64,000 nt of DNA from an uncultured Chloroflexia bacterium (GCA_963776285.1 CAVZLW010000003.1:312129-376128), one strand, 5' to 3'. Positions 9,690 through 20,782 are shown, counted from the first letter of the stretch. Notes: generated by a model not told the origin, from the sequence alone. Numbers and translations are program-made.

Positions 9690-10702
9690 CCGGGCCGGGC
9701 CATGGCCCCGGCGGCGTCCCGCGGGCGATCGGGCTCACGCCCGTGCTCTCGGCGCGCTACCGCGCCGAGGACCTTGCGGCGATCCGCGCGGCCGCGCCGG
9801 GCTCCCGCATCGTGACGATCTCGCGGGAAGGGCTGGCGGACGGGCCGATCGACGACCTCGAGGTCCTGCTCCACGGCTGGCTCGCCGCCGACGCGTTCGA
9901 GCGGCTCCTCGCGCGCGCCCCCGGCCTGCGCTGGGTCCACTCGGCCGCGGCCGGCGTCGAGCGGCTCATCACGCCCGGGGGACACGCGCGCGGCCTGACG
10001 ATCACGAACGCGCGCGGCGTCTTCAGCCGCCCGATCGCCGAGTACGTCGTGATGATGGTCCTGGCGGTCAACCGGCGGCTGCCCCAGCTGCTGGAGCTTG
10101 CCGCAGAGCGGACCTGGCAGCCGCTGGAGGGTCGCGAGCTGCGCGACACGACGCTCGGCATCGTCGGCTTCGGCAGCATCGGCCGGACGATCGCCGAGCT
10201 GGCCGCGCCGTTCGGGCCGCGGATCCTCGCGACGCGACGGTCGGGAGTGCTGCGTCCGGACGAGCCTCCGCTGCCCGCCGGCGTGGTCCTCGCCGGACCG
10301 GAGGCCTTTGGCGACGTGGTCGCCGCGGCAGACTTCGTGATCCTCGCCGTGCCGCTCACGCCCGCCACGGAGGACCTCGTCGACGACCGCGTGCTGGCTC
10401 TCATGCAGCGGACGGCATGGCTGGTGAACGTCGCGCGGGGCCGCCTCATCGTCGAGCGCGCCCTGCTCCGGGCGCTTCGGGAAGGCACGATCGGGGGCGC
10501 CGTCCTGGACGCCTTCCGCGAGGAGCCGCTGCAGCCCGACTCGGCGTTCTACGGACTCCCCAACGTCATCGTGACGCCGCACACGTCGTGGTCGAGCGGA
10601 CGGGTCCTCGATCGCACCGTCGAGCTGTTCGCGGACAACCTGCGCCGCTACGCGGCGGGCGAGCCGCTCCTGAACGCCGTGGACCCCGGCGCCGGATACT
10701 GA
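9686..10702 (+). CDS. D-isomer-specific 2-hydroxyacid dehydrogenase (NAD-binding)
   Basis: GTG 9686 (GTGA overlap with the upstream stop). GIVGFGSIGRTIA NAD-binding fingerprint and ...VTPHTSWSS... catalytic region. Confidence 0.8.
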   Translation: MTGPGHGPGGVPRAIGLTPVLSARYRAEDLAAIRAAAPGSRIVTISREGLADGPIDDLEVLLHGWLAADAFERLLARAPGLRWVHSAAAGVERLITPGGHARGLTITNARGVFSRPIAEYVVMMVLAVNRRLPQLLELAAERTWQPLEGRELRDTTLGIVGFGSIGRTIAELAAPFGPRILATRRSGVLRPDEPPLPAGVVLAGPEAFGDVVAAADFVILAVPLTPATEDLVDDRVLALMQRTAWLVNVARGRLIVERALLRALREGTIGGAVLDAFREEPLQPDSAFYGLPNVIVTPHTSWSSGRVLDRTVELFADNLRRYAAGEPLLNAVDPGAGY

Positions 10703-10706
10703 CGCC

Positions 10707-11810
10707 ATGCAGACCGCGATCGTGGGGCTTGCCGGCTGCGGCAAGACCACCGTCTTCAACACGCTCACGCGCGGCGACGCCCAGACCGGCGGCTTCGGCG
10801 GGATGGAGCTCCACGTCGGGGTGGTCAAGGTGCCGGACCCGCGCCTGGACCGGCTCGCCGAGATCTTCCACCCGAGGAAGACCATCCACGCCGACGTCAC
10901 GTACATCGACCTCCCGGCGCCGCCCGCCTCGTCGGAAGGGCGCGTGGGAACCGAGGAGCTGCCGGCCGAGCACCTGGCCCGGCTCCGCGACGCCGACGCC
11001 CTGCTCCACGTGGCCCGGGCCTGGGACGACCCGCACCATCCACACCCCGCCGGCTCGGTCGACCCGTGGCGCGACATGGAGCAGCTCGACCTCGAGCTCA
11101 CCCTGGCGGACCTCGCGGTCGTGGACCGGCGCCTCGAGCGCCTTCACGGCTCCGGGCGGCACGGGACGCCGGCGGAGCGCGAGTCCAACGAGAGGGAGGG
11201 CGTCATCCTGGAGCGGATCCGGGTCGGCCTCGCGGACGGCCGCCCGATCCGGGACGCGGGCCTCGAGCCCGACGAGGAGAAGGCGCTTCGTGGCTTCCGG
11301 TTCCTGACCCAGAAGCCGGTCCTGGTGCTCCTCAACGTCGGCGAGGGTGAGCTGTCACGGGCGCGGGACCTGGTCGCCGAGATCGCCGCCCGGTACGACC
11401 ATCGTCACGTGCTGGTCGACGCGCTCTCGGCCCGCATCGAGATGGAGCTCGGCCAGCTCGACCCGGATGAGGCGGCCGTCTTCGCCGACGAGCTCGGGAT
11501 CCGCGAGAGCAGCCTGGACCGCGTCATCGCCCTGTCGTACCGGCTCCTGGGGCTCATCAGCTTCCTCACCGCCGGGCCCGACGAGGTTCGAGCCTGGCCG
11601 ATCCCCGACGGTGCGACCGCGGTCGACGCCGCCGGCGCCATCCATACCGACCTGGCCAGGGGGTTCATCCGCGCCGAGACCGTGCCCTACGAGGATCTCC
11701 TCGCGCTGGGCACCATGGCCGAGGCGCGCAAGCACGGCAAGCTGCGCTCCGAGGGCAAGACCTATCGCGTCCGCGACGGGGACGTGATCGAGATCCTCTT
11801 CTCCAAGTAG
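10707..11810 (+). CDS. ychF: redox-regulated ribosome-binding ATPase YchF (Obg-family GTPase with TGS domain)
   Basis: IVGLAGCGKTTVFNTLT G1 motif, ...YIDLPA..., C-terminal TGS-like region ...KTYRVRDGDVIEILFSK. Confidence 0.9.
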   Translation: MQTAIVGLAGCGKTTVFNTLTRGDAQTGGFGGMELHVGVVKVPDPRLDRLAEIFHPRKTIHADVTYIDLPAPPASSEGRVGTEELPAEHLARLRDADALLHVARAWDDPHHPHPAGSVDPWRDMEQLDLELTLADLAVVDRRLERLHGSGRHGTPAERESNEREGVILERIRVGLADGRPIRDAGLEPDEEKALRGFRFLTQKPVLVLLNVGEGELSRARDLVAEIAARYDHRHVLVDALSARIEMELGQLDPDEAAVFADELGIRESSLDRVIALSYRLLGLISFLTAGPDEVRAWPIPDGATAVDAAGAIHTDLARGFIRAETVPYEDLLALGTMAEARKHGKLRSEGKTYRVRDGDVIEILFSK

Positions 11811-11812
11811 CC

Positions 11813-11866
11813 GCGCCCCGGGCGCCCGGCGACCCCGCGCGGCGATCTCGCCCCGGGCGCCCGGCG
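11813..11866. repeat. two copies of a 19-bp direct repeat, each containing the perfect 12-nt palindrome ccgggcgcccgg, in the convergent ychF/acidic-protein intergenic region (possible bidirectional terminator or protein-binding site)
   Basis: gcgccccgggcgcccggcg at 11813-11831 and tcgccccgggcgcccggcg at 11848-11866. The palindrome lies at 11818-11829 and 11853-11864. Confidence 0.5.
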
Positions 11867-11923
11867 CCTCCGTCCCGGCGCCTGCGGCGCATCCCGTCCG
11901 ATTGAGCGCGCCGCCCGGTGGGG

Positions 11924-12289
11924 TCAGTCGTTGCGGACGTCGTCGTCGTCGCCCGCGTACTCCACGAACACGCCGCGATAATCGGCGCCGGCACCCAGCG
12001 AGTCCAGCTCGTCCTCGCTCGTGGCGATCAGGAAGTTGTCATCCTCGTCGGCGGAGACATTGACGGCGGCCGTGAGCCGCTCGTCCGAGAGGTGGACGAA
12101 GCCGTAGCTGCGCTCGAGCTCGACGGCAATCGCCTCGATCAGGGTATCTTCCTCGAAATCGTCGGCGACCCGGCCACGGATCGCCTGGACGAGATCGAAG
12201 AAGTCCTCCGGCGCGATCTCCTCGTCGCGTGCCAGCAGCACGTCCGAGTAGATCTCGTCGTCGCCCTCGTGGAGCTCGTAGTAGTACAC
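11924..12289 (-). CDS. small highly acidic hypothetical protein (121 aa, Asp/Glu-rich)
   Basis: GTG at 12289 preceded by GAGGAAA. Sequence VYYYELHEGDDEIYSDVLLARDEEIAPEDFFDLVQ... Strong coding-like codon bias. No family recognised. Confidence 0.5.
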   Translation of the reverse strand: MYYYELHEGDDEIYSDVLLARDEEIAPEDFFDLVQAIRGRVADDFEEDTLIEAIAVELERSYGFVHLSDERLTAAVNVSADEDDNFLIATSEDELDSLGAGADYRGVFVEYAGDDDDVRND

Positions 12290-12367
12290 GTGGTTTCCTC
12301 GTCTGTGGAGCCGACCCGGCCAGTATACGGACGCCTCGGCGCGCTTCCGGCCGCGAGCGCCCCGGGC

Positions 12368-13354
12368 GTGGTCGCGCGAGGTGCCGGGCCCGGTCGCTCC
12401 GCGGCACCCGTCGCCGACCCGGCCGAGGCGCGCCCGGAGCGGGCCTCGCCGGACGGTTCGGCGCCCGCGATCGTCGTGGTGGGGGCCGCCTCGCGGGACG
12501 TCGACATGGCGGATCCGCGGGGCTGGCGCCTCGGCGGCGGCGCCCCCTACGGTGCCCTGGTGCTGGCCCGCCTCGGCCTTCGCGTCGGCATCGTGCTCGG
12601 TGTCGACGCGGAAGCCGCAACGGCCCACGAGCTGGACCTCCTCCGCGATGCCGGGGCCGAGCTCCGCCTGGTGCGGCTTCCCCGCGGTCCGGTCTTCCAC
12701 CTCGAGGAGACGCCGGCCGGCCGCGTCATCGAGTGCGTCGATCCCGGCGGACCGCTCCCTGTCGCCTCCCTGCCGCCCGGCTGGCGAGCGGCGCCAGCGT
12801 GGTACCTGGCGCCCGTCGCGGACGAGCTTCCGGATGGGTGGGCGGCGATCCCGCCCGGAGCGGTCGTCGCGCTCGGCTGGCAGGGGCTGCTCCGCCAGCT
12901 GGAGCGCGGCACTCCGGTCCGGCCGCGCCCGGCCGGACCGAGGGCCCTCCTGCGGCGGGCGGACCTGGTCTCGGTCAGCGCCGAGGATCTCGACCCTGCC
13001 GCCGACCTGCGGGGCCTCCTCCGGCTCCTCAGGACGGGCACGCTCTGCACCGTCACCCGGGGGCGCCGTGGCGGCCTGGCGATCACCGTGCGTCCGGGGA
13101 CGCCGAGGATCCGCCGCTGGCCGGCCCTGCCGGCCGAACGCGTGGTCGATGCGACGGGAGCCGGCGACGCCTTCCTGGCGGCGCTCCTGGCGGCACGCGT
13201 CGCCCCGGCGCTCGCGGGGCAGCGGGCGCATCTCGGGGCGGCGCTGCACTTCGCATCCGCGGTGTCGTCGGCGCACGTCGCGGCGCCCGGCCTCCTTGGC
13301 GTGCCGACCCTCCGCGAGGTGCGCGACGCGCTCAGGCGACACCCGCCCGGCTGA
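12368..13354 (+). CDS. PfkB-family carbohydrate/nucleoside kinase (ribokinase-like)
   Basis: N-terminal IVVVGAASRDV Gly-rich motif and C-terminal DATGAGDAF anion-hole motif. The GTG 12368 start is provisional. Confidence 0.7.
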   Translation: MVARGAGPGRSAAPVADPAEARPERASPDGSAPAIVVVGAASRDVDMADPRGWRLGGGAPYGALVLARLGLRVGIVLGVDAEAATAHELDLLRDAGAELRLVRLPRGPVFHLEETPAGRVIECVDPGGPLPVASLPPGWRAAPAWYLAPVADELPDGWAAIPPGAVVALGWQGLLRQLERGTPVRPRPAGPRALLRRADLVSVSAEDLDPAADLRGLLRLLRTGTLCTVTRGRRGGLAITVRPGTPRIRRWPALPAERVVDATGAGDAFLAALLAARVAPALAGQRAHLGAALHFASAVSSAHVAAPGLLGVPTLREVRDALRRHPPG

Positions 13355-14627
13355 GCGCGATCCGGGCGCGCCGGCGCAGGCGGTGCAGGCGCGCCGCGAG
13401 GGCGGCGTCGAAGTCCGGGTCGCCTCCCCAGCGAAGGCGTGCCCGCTCCGCGGCGCGTGCCGCCGACTCGGCGGCGTCGAGCGCCCCGGCCGCGTCCCGC
13501 AGGACATGCTCCCGCACCTTGGCGGCCTCGACCCAGGCCCGGGGCGCGATCGACCCGCCTTCCGTCGCGAGGGCCTCCCAGCCGGCCAGCGCCTCGTCGG
13601 TGCGCCCGAGCCGGCGAAGGGTCCGGGCCCGCTCGGCGCGGATGCGCTCGCGGCTCACCGTCGACGGCACCGGCGCCGGCGCGCCGTACGGCCAGGCCGC
13701 CGAGCCGAAGGTCGCCGGACGCCAGGCCGCGTCCGCGTCGTCGAGGCAGGCCAGGGCGTCTGCGTGGCGGCGCTCCCGGGTGTAGGCCCGCGCGAGGGCG
13801 ATGAGATCGCCGGCCGGGGCCAGCGACCGTCGGTCCGGGTCGGCGTACCGGGCGTCGAGGTAAGCCAGGAGTCGGGCGAGCGAGGCCACGTCCTCCGCGT
13901 TGTGGGTGAGGACCCCGGCGAGCGGCGTGGCGGCCCCTCCCCGCACGAAGTCGAGGTAGCGCCCGGGGATCTCCCAGCCACCGACGTCGTCGTGCCGCTG
14001 GATGCCGAGGAGCTCGCGTTCGACGGTGGCGAGGCGGGCGTCGCCGAGGCGGTGCCGGAAGAGCCGGCGCACGCCGGGCAGGAGGTCGAGCATCCCCGCG
14101 TGCACGGGAGCGGAGCGGCCGTGGAGCCGGTAGCGGGTCACGAGGAGGGGCCAGTCGAACCCGCGCCCGTTGTAGGTGACCAGCCATGCGTCTGTCGGGA
14201 TCGCCGCCTCCACGGCTGCCAGGAGCGCCGGCTCCTCGGCGTGGTCCGGGCAGACGAGCTGGAGTCGTCGGAACCCGTCGCCCTCCCACCAGCCGAGCCC
14301 GACGAGGAATGCGAGCGTCCCGGCGGCGGTGCCGAGGCCGGTGGTCTCCGTGTCCAGGCAGATGAGGCGGGCGTCTGGCGGCGGCTGCCCGGGGAGCGAC
14401 GCGAGGCGCTCCCGGACCAGGTGCATGCTGAGCGGTGGCGGCTCGACCCGAACCACGAGCCCGCCGGGGCCCTCCACCACCTCGCCGCCCAGGGCGCGCC
14501 CCAGGTGGCCCGCGAGGTCCGCGCCGCGCCGCCCGCGGCCGGCGGCACCCGCCTGGCGGTCGGCCGCGTGCGTCCGCGTCGCCCGGAACCGGGCGAGCCG
14601 ACGCTGGAGCGTTGCGGCGTCGCTCAC
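13332..14627 (-). CDS. mrfB: RNase-H-like 3'-5' exonuclease with C-terminal TPR-like region (YprB/MrfB-like)
   Basis: ICLDTETTGL (DnaQ/RNase H-fold Exo I motif) and ...WLVTYNGRGFDWPLL... The GTG start at 14627 overlaps the helicase stop (GTGA). The arginine-rich N-terminus of the longest ORF is rejected. Confidence 0.7.
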   Translation of the reverse strand: MSDAATLQRRLARFRATRTHAADRQAGAAGRGRRGADLAGHLGRALGGEVVEGPGGLVVRVEPPPLSMHLVRERLASLPGQPPPDARLICLDTETTGLGTAAGTLAFLVGLGWWEGDGFRRLQLVCPDHAEEPALLAAVEAAIPTDAWLVTYNGRGFDWPLLVTRYRLHGRSAPVHAGMLDLLPGVRRLFRHRLGDARLATVERELLGIQRHDDVGGWEIPGRYLDFVRGGAATPLAGVLTHNAEDVASLARLLAYLDARYADPDRRSLAPAGDLIALARAYTRERRHADALACLDDADAAWRPATFGSAAWPYGAPAPVPSTVSRERIRAERARTLRRLGRTDEALAGWEALATEGGSIAPRAWVEAAKVREHVLRDAAGALDAAESAARAAERARLRWGGDPDFDAALAARLHRLRRRARIALSRAGVA

Positions 14628-16957
14628 GGGCCGACCCGTGCGCCGTGCGCACCGCCGGTGGAGGCCCGCCGAGCGCCGAGCGCGTCGAGGAGCCGCAGGG
14701 CGAGCGCCCGCGCGTCGAGGTCGACCTCGCCGCCGGCCGGCCGAGGTCCGGTGCAGGACGGGCAGCCGCCGTCGCACTCGCACGACGCGACGAGGTCGGC
14801 CGCGCCGTCGACGAGCTCGGCGTGGCGTTGCCACAGGCGTTCGGCGAGGCCGACGCCACCGGGGACTGCCTCGTAGAGGTAGACGGTGGGAGCGCCGTCG
14901 TGCGGGGAGCGCACCTGGGTGACGAGCCCGAGGTCTCGCGGATCCACCATCAGGAGGACACTGGCGATCGCCTGGAGGGCGCGGCCGGCGCCGGCGAGCG
15001 CGACGTCCATCTCCGCACGCCGCCAGCCGGCGGATGCGTCCTCGGCCGTCAGCCAGTAGGCGGTCGTCTGGAGCTCGATCTCCGGCAGGTGGATCGGTCC
15101 CCAGCCGAGGTTCTCGTTCGTGACGAGCTTGAGCTTCTTGAACAGCGTCGCCCGGCTGGCGACCATGACCTCGCCGTGACGACGGGCCCCGCCCGGCGCG
15201 ACCGAGGCAGCGAAGACGTCGAGAGGCTTGAGCGTCACGGCGCGGTCGGCCATCGTGTAGTGGTCGACGTCGACGCGCCGGACGTAGGCTTTGCGCTCGG
15301 CCCAGTCGAGGCGGTCGACGTGGAACTGGGCGGCCTCGTGCAGGTAGATCGCGTCTTCGTGCACGAGCGTCTGGGCCGAGAAGAGGTCCAGCTCGCCGAT
15401 CACCTTGGGGCGGTCCGGAGTCGTGTCGATGATCACCACGTTCTCCTCGGCGGCGGTGCGCAGCGAGATCGCCGAGGCCGGGAAGTTCTCGGAGGACCAG
15501 TACCAGCGCCGGTCGTCGCCCTGGTGGACGTGGCCATCCTCGGCGAGGAAGGCGAGGAGGTCGTCCGCGGCGCCCGGCCCGAAGACCTCCCCCGGTGCGA
15601 ACGGCAGCTCGAAGGTCGCCGCCTTCAGGTGGGCCAGGAGGACGTGGAGGTTGTCGGGATCGATCCGCGCCTCCTCCGGCGCCTGGTCGAGGATGAACTC
15701 GGGATGGTGGACGACGTACTGGTCGACGGGTGCCGCCGACGCGACCAGGACGGCGACACTGACCCCGCCGCGCCGCCCGGCGCGCCCGACCTGCTGGCGG
15801 GTGGCTGCGACCGATCCGGGGTACCCGGCCAGGACCGCCGCATCGAGCCGCCCGATGTCGACCCCCAGCTCGAGCGCATTCGTCGAGACGACGCCCAGCA
15901 CGTCGCCGTCACGCAGCCCTTCCTCGATGGCGCGCCGCTCCGTGGGCAGGTAGCCGCCGCGGTAGCCGCGGACACGGGAGCGCGGCCCGGCATGCTCGCG
16001 GAGCGTCTCGCGTAGGCCCGTGAGGATCAGCTCCACGGCAGTCCGCGATCGGCCGAAGACGATCGTCTGGCGACCCGCGCGGAGGAACGGCAGGGCCCAG
16101 CGCTGGGCGAGGGTCACGGCCGACCCGCGGGCTCCCGAGGCGGCATCGACCACGGGCGGGTCCACGAACAGGAGATGGCGCTCGCCGGCGGGGGCGCCGC
16201 TTCGATCCACCACGAGCGGCGCCCGCCCGGTGAGGAGCGTCGCCAGCTCGCCCGGGTTCGCGATGGTCGCCGAGCAGGTGACGACGATCGGGCTCGACCC
16301 GTAGTGCGCACACAGCCGGAGGAGCCGCCGGAGCACGTTCGCGACGTGGCTGCCGAAGAGCCCCCGGTACGTGTGGAGCTCGTCGATGACGATGACCCGG
16401 AGCTGCTCGAACAGCTGGAACCACTTCGTGTGGTGGGGCAGGATGGCGGCGTGGAGCATGTCCGGGTTCGTGACCACGACCTGGCCGGCGGCCCGGATCG
16501 TCGAGCGGATCGGCGCCGGCGTGTCGCCGTCGTAGGTGGAGGCCGAGACGGGGAGCCCGGCCCCTTCCGCGAGGCCGCGGAAGGCCACGACCTGGTCCTG
16601 GCCGAGCGCCTTGGTCGGGAAGAGCCAGAGGGCCCGCGCCGACGGATCCTCGGCCAGGGCCTGGAGGACCGGCAGCTCGTAGCACAGGCTCTTGCCCGAC
16701 GCGGTGGGCGTCACGACGCAGACGTCCCGCCCGGCGTGGACCGCCTCGATGGCCTCGGCCTGGTGCGTGTAGAGGGCGGCGATGCCGCGGTCCGCGAGCG
16801 CCCCGCGGATTCGCGGATCGAGCCACCCCGGGAACGGCGCGGTGAGCGGCGCGCGGGCGGGCTCGACGGCGTGGTGCAGGACGCCGCGGGCCAGCGACGG
16901 TTCCTCGAGCGCCCGCGCGAGGACGCTCTCGACGGCGGCCGGGGCATACGTGCGCAT
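14624..16957 (-). CDS. mrfA: DEXH-box helicase with C-terminal DUF1998 zinc-ribbon domain (YprA/MrfA-like)
   Basis: ATG 16957 with GGAGG 5 nt upstream. ...CVVTPTASGKS... (motif I), ...VIDELH... (DExH), ...VVSTNALELGVDIG..., C-terminal CECDGGCPSC. Confidence 0.8.
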   Translation of the reverse strand: MRTYAPAAVESVLARALEEPSLARGVLHHAVEPARAPLTAPFPGWLDPRIRGALADRGIAALYTHQAEAIEAVHAGRDVCVVTPTASGKSLCYELPVLQALAEDPSARALWLFPTKALGQDQVVAFRGLAEGAGLPVSASTYDGDTPAPIRSTIRAAGQVVVTNPDMLHAAILPHHTKWFQLFEQLRVIVIDELHTYRGLFGSHVANVLRRLLRLCAHYGSSPIVVTCSATIANPGELATLLTGRAPLVVDRSGAPAGERHLLFVDPPVVDAASGARGSAVTLAQRWALPFLRAGRQTIVFGRSRTAVELILTGLRETLREHAGPRSRVRGYRGGYLPTERRAIEEGLRDGDVLGVVSTNALELGVDIGRLDAAVLAGYPGSVAATRQQVGRAGRRGGVSVAVLVASAAPVDQYVVHHPEFILDQAPEEARIDPDNLHVLLAHLKAATFELPFAPGEVFGPGAADDLLAFLAEDGHVHQGDDRRWYWSSENFPASAISLRTAAEENVVIIDTTPDRPKVIGELDLFSAQTLVHEDAIYLHEAAQFHVDRLDWAERKAYVRRVDVDHYTMADRAVTLKPLDVFAASVAPGGARRHGEVMVASRATLFKKLKLVTNENLGWGPIHLPEIELQTTAYWLTAEDASAGWRRAEMDVALAGAGRALQAIASVLLMVDPRDLGLVTQVRSPHDGAPTVYLYEAVPGGVGLAERLWQRHAELVDGAADLVASCECDGGCPSCTGPRPAGGEVDLDARALALRLLDALGARRASTGGAHGARVGP

Positions 16958-17117
16958 CGCTGGACCTCCGTCACGAAGAGAACAGGTGTTCTGAACCGGC
17001 CCCGAGTCTAGCACCCTGCGGCGACCGGGATGGCCGCACGTTTGCCCTTCGGCGTGCCACCTCGTGTGGCACGCGAGCGCGGTTGACACTCCGTGCGTGC
17101 GCAGCTACGCTTCGCCC

Positions 17118-17645
17118 ATGCGGCGGCACCCCAGCCCTGCCCCCGGCGATCTCGACGCGTCGACGGACGGCGCGCCGTCCGGCACGCCGGCCTCCGATGC
17201 TCCGGCGGCCGGCGGCGCGGCGGCGTCCCCTTCGCTGGCGGGCTTCGGCGTGGCCGGGATCTCGCGCAGGCGAATCGCCTGGGCCGGGGTCATCATCCTC
17301 GCCGCCTGGATCGTCATCGCCTTCGCGGGCCAGGCCGCGTCGGCTGCCCAGGCCACGGCGGACCTCGCGGTTGCCCGCGCTCGCAATGCGGCGGCGTCCG
17401 CCCAGACCGAAGCGCTGCGCCAGGAGCTCCAGCTCGTCACCCAGGAGCGCTGGGTCCTGCAGCAGGCGCGGGCGTACCAGCTCGGCGCGCGCAACGAGCG
17501 CCCGTTCGCGCTTGCCCCCGGCGCTCCGTCGTTGCCGCCGGACGCGCCCGGGTCGCCGACCCGCCGGCTTGGCGCCGGGGTGGACCGCCAGACCCCGCTC
17601 GAAGCGTGGCTCGAGGTGCTGTTCGGGCCGGCTCCCGACCGCTGA
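17118..17645 (+). CDS. FtsB/DivIC-like septum-formation initiator (single TM + coiled coil)
   Basis: TM segment AWAGVIILAAWIVIAFAG, then coiled coil ...QTEALRQELQLVTQERWVLQQARAYQLGAR... resembling the FtsB C-terminal motif. Start uncertain (ATG 17118 or GTG 17064). Confidence 0.5.
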   Translation: MRRHPSPAPGDLDASTDGAPSGTPASDAPAAGGAAASPSLAGFGVAGISRRRIAWAGVIILAAWIVIAFAGQAASAAQATADLAVARARNAAASAQTEALRQELQLVTQERWVLQQARAYQLGARNERPFALAPGAPSLPPDAPGSPTRRLGAGVDRQTPLEAWLEVLFGPAPDR

Positions 17646-17775
17646 ACGCGGACCGGCTCACGTTCGCCGACCCGTGCGGCCCGGAAGGCCACGACAACGC
17701 CATCGCGATCGTGCGTCACGACCGGCGGCTGGCGGGACGAGGCCGGAGAGCCTAACGCGATACAATCCGGGTCCT

Positions 17776-17850
17776 GGCTGGGTAGCTCAGCGGCAGAGCA
17801 GGCGACTCATAACCGCCCGGTCGGCAGTTCGATTCTGCCCCCAGCCACCA
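17776..17850 (+). tRNA. tRNA-Met (anticodon CAT); elongator-type stem features, tRNA-Ile2 (lysidine) not excluded
   Basis: 75-nt cloverleaf. Acceptor stem ggctggg/cccagcc, D-stem gctc/gagc, anticodon loop ctCATaa, T-arm ggcag-ttcgatt-ctgcc, encoded 3' CCA. Confidence 0.85.
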
Positions 17851-18075
17851 CCTCCCAGCCCGGGATCATCGGCCGCGCCGGGCAACCCATCCGGCGCCAC
17901 CCCTCAGCGTGGCTCCTCCCAGATCCACCAATCCACGGCAACCCGCTCGCTCGTACGGAGAGTGAGCATCCGGTTCGCCGCCGGAACGTCGCCCGGCAGC
18001 CTGCCGGGCGACCCGCTCTATACTCGTCCACGAAGCCGGCCCCCGGGTGCCGGCTCCGCTGACCCGGAGGCCAGG

Positions 18076-19980
<1,905 letters not shown>

Positions 19981-20003
19981 CCGGGCTCCACAAGCAGCGT
20001 GGT

Positions 20004-20041
20004 CGCCGAGGGCGGCGGGCCTCGGCCCGCCGCCCTCGGCG
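20004..20041. terminator. strong bidirectional intrinsic-terminator-like hairpin between convergent ftsH and the lipoprotein gene
   Basis: Perfect 18-nt inverted repeat cgccgagggcggcgggcc / ggcccgccgccctcggcg separated by 2 nt (effective stem about 16 bp, loop 4-6 nt). Confidence 0.55.
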
Positions 20042-20065
20042 CATGTGCGGCGACCTCCTGACAGG

Positions 20066-20782
20066 TCAGGCAGGCGGAGACGCGGAGGGCCCCGCGGGCG
20101 CCGTGATGGGCGCTCCACCCGGGTCGGCCCGGAACGTCGTCCGGGAGGTGGCGTTTCCGGCGCTCGTCGACGCCGTGTAGGTGGCGCTGACGGTCCCGTC
20201 GGGGGCGATCAGCAGGGTGACCTGCAGGGGGCCGCTTCCCGGCACGCCGAGCGCCGCCGCAGGGTACGCCGCGACGACCCGCAGGCCGGCATCGCCGTCG
20301 GCCTGGACGTCGATGGACGCGGGCGACCGGAGCGCGTCGAGGGGGTTGGCGGCGGGCACCGCCGTGTCGAGCTCCTGCCACGTGCCGCCCTTCTTGCGGG
20401 CCCACGCCCTGGGCGGCACGGCGAGATAGTCGACGGTCGTTCCGGCTGCCGTCACCCGCAGCTCGCTCGACCCGTGGTGGACGCGCCCGGTGACGGTGGT
20501 GGCGACCGCGTCGCCGATGCTGACGGTCGTATCGAAGCGGTAGCCGGGCTCGAGCATCCCGAACGCCGCGGCGAGCCGGGCCGCTGCGGTGGAGGCGTCG
20601 CTCGTCGCACCGCGGGATGGCGTGGGGGGTGCTTGCCCGCTGGTCGACGGCGAGCCGGTCGGCGTTGGAGCGCCGCATGCGGCAAGGAACCCGACCACGG
20701 CCAGGGTGCCGGCGAGGCCGGCCCGGGATGCCCCGACGGCCCACCGTCTGCGGGCGGGCCGTCGGGTGCGCGAGATCAGCAC
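20066..20782 (-). CDS. putative lipoprotein (Sec/Lsp signal peptide with lipobox), unknown function
   Basis: GTG 20782 gives RTRRPARRRWAVGASRAGLAGTLAVVGFLAAC|G (n-region, h-region, LAAC lipobox). Mature part is Thr/Ala/Gly-rich and beta-type. The upstream part of the longest ORF would overlap the preceding gene. Confidence 0.5.
   Translation of the reverse strand: MLISRTRRPARRRWAVGASRAGLAGTLAVVGFLAACGAPTPTGSPSTSGQAPPTPSRGATSDASTAAARLAAAFGMLEPGYRFDTTVSIGDAVATTVTGRVHHGSSELRVTAAGTTVDYLAVPPRAWARKKGGTWQELDTAVPAANPLDALRSPASIDVQADGDAGLRVVAAYPAAALGVPGSGPLQVTLLIAPDGTVSATYTASTSAGNATSRTTFRADPGGAPITAPAGPSASPPA

Noticed and set aside
8726-11101. 791-aa minus-strand ORF
   Set aside because: Antisense to the DUF2342 protease, 2-hydroxyacid dehydrogenase and ychF. 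Ser/Arg/Ala-rich low-complexity sequence with no domain signature.
11811-11880. Possible CRISPR-like repeat (ccgggcgcccgg twice)
   Set aside because: Only two copies, a 35-bp interval, and no further repeats or cas genes. Better explained as terminator hairpins or a binding site.
12381-14876. 831-aa plus-strand ORF and 770-aa minus-strand ORF 12547..14859
   Set aside because: Both overlap the pfkB kinase and mrfB exonuclease in alternative or antisense frames and are arginine-rich. The real genes here are identified by PfkB and DnaQ-fold motifs.
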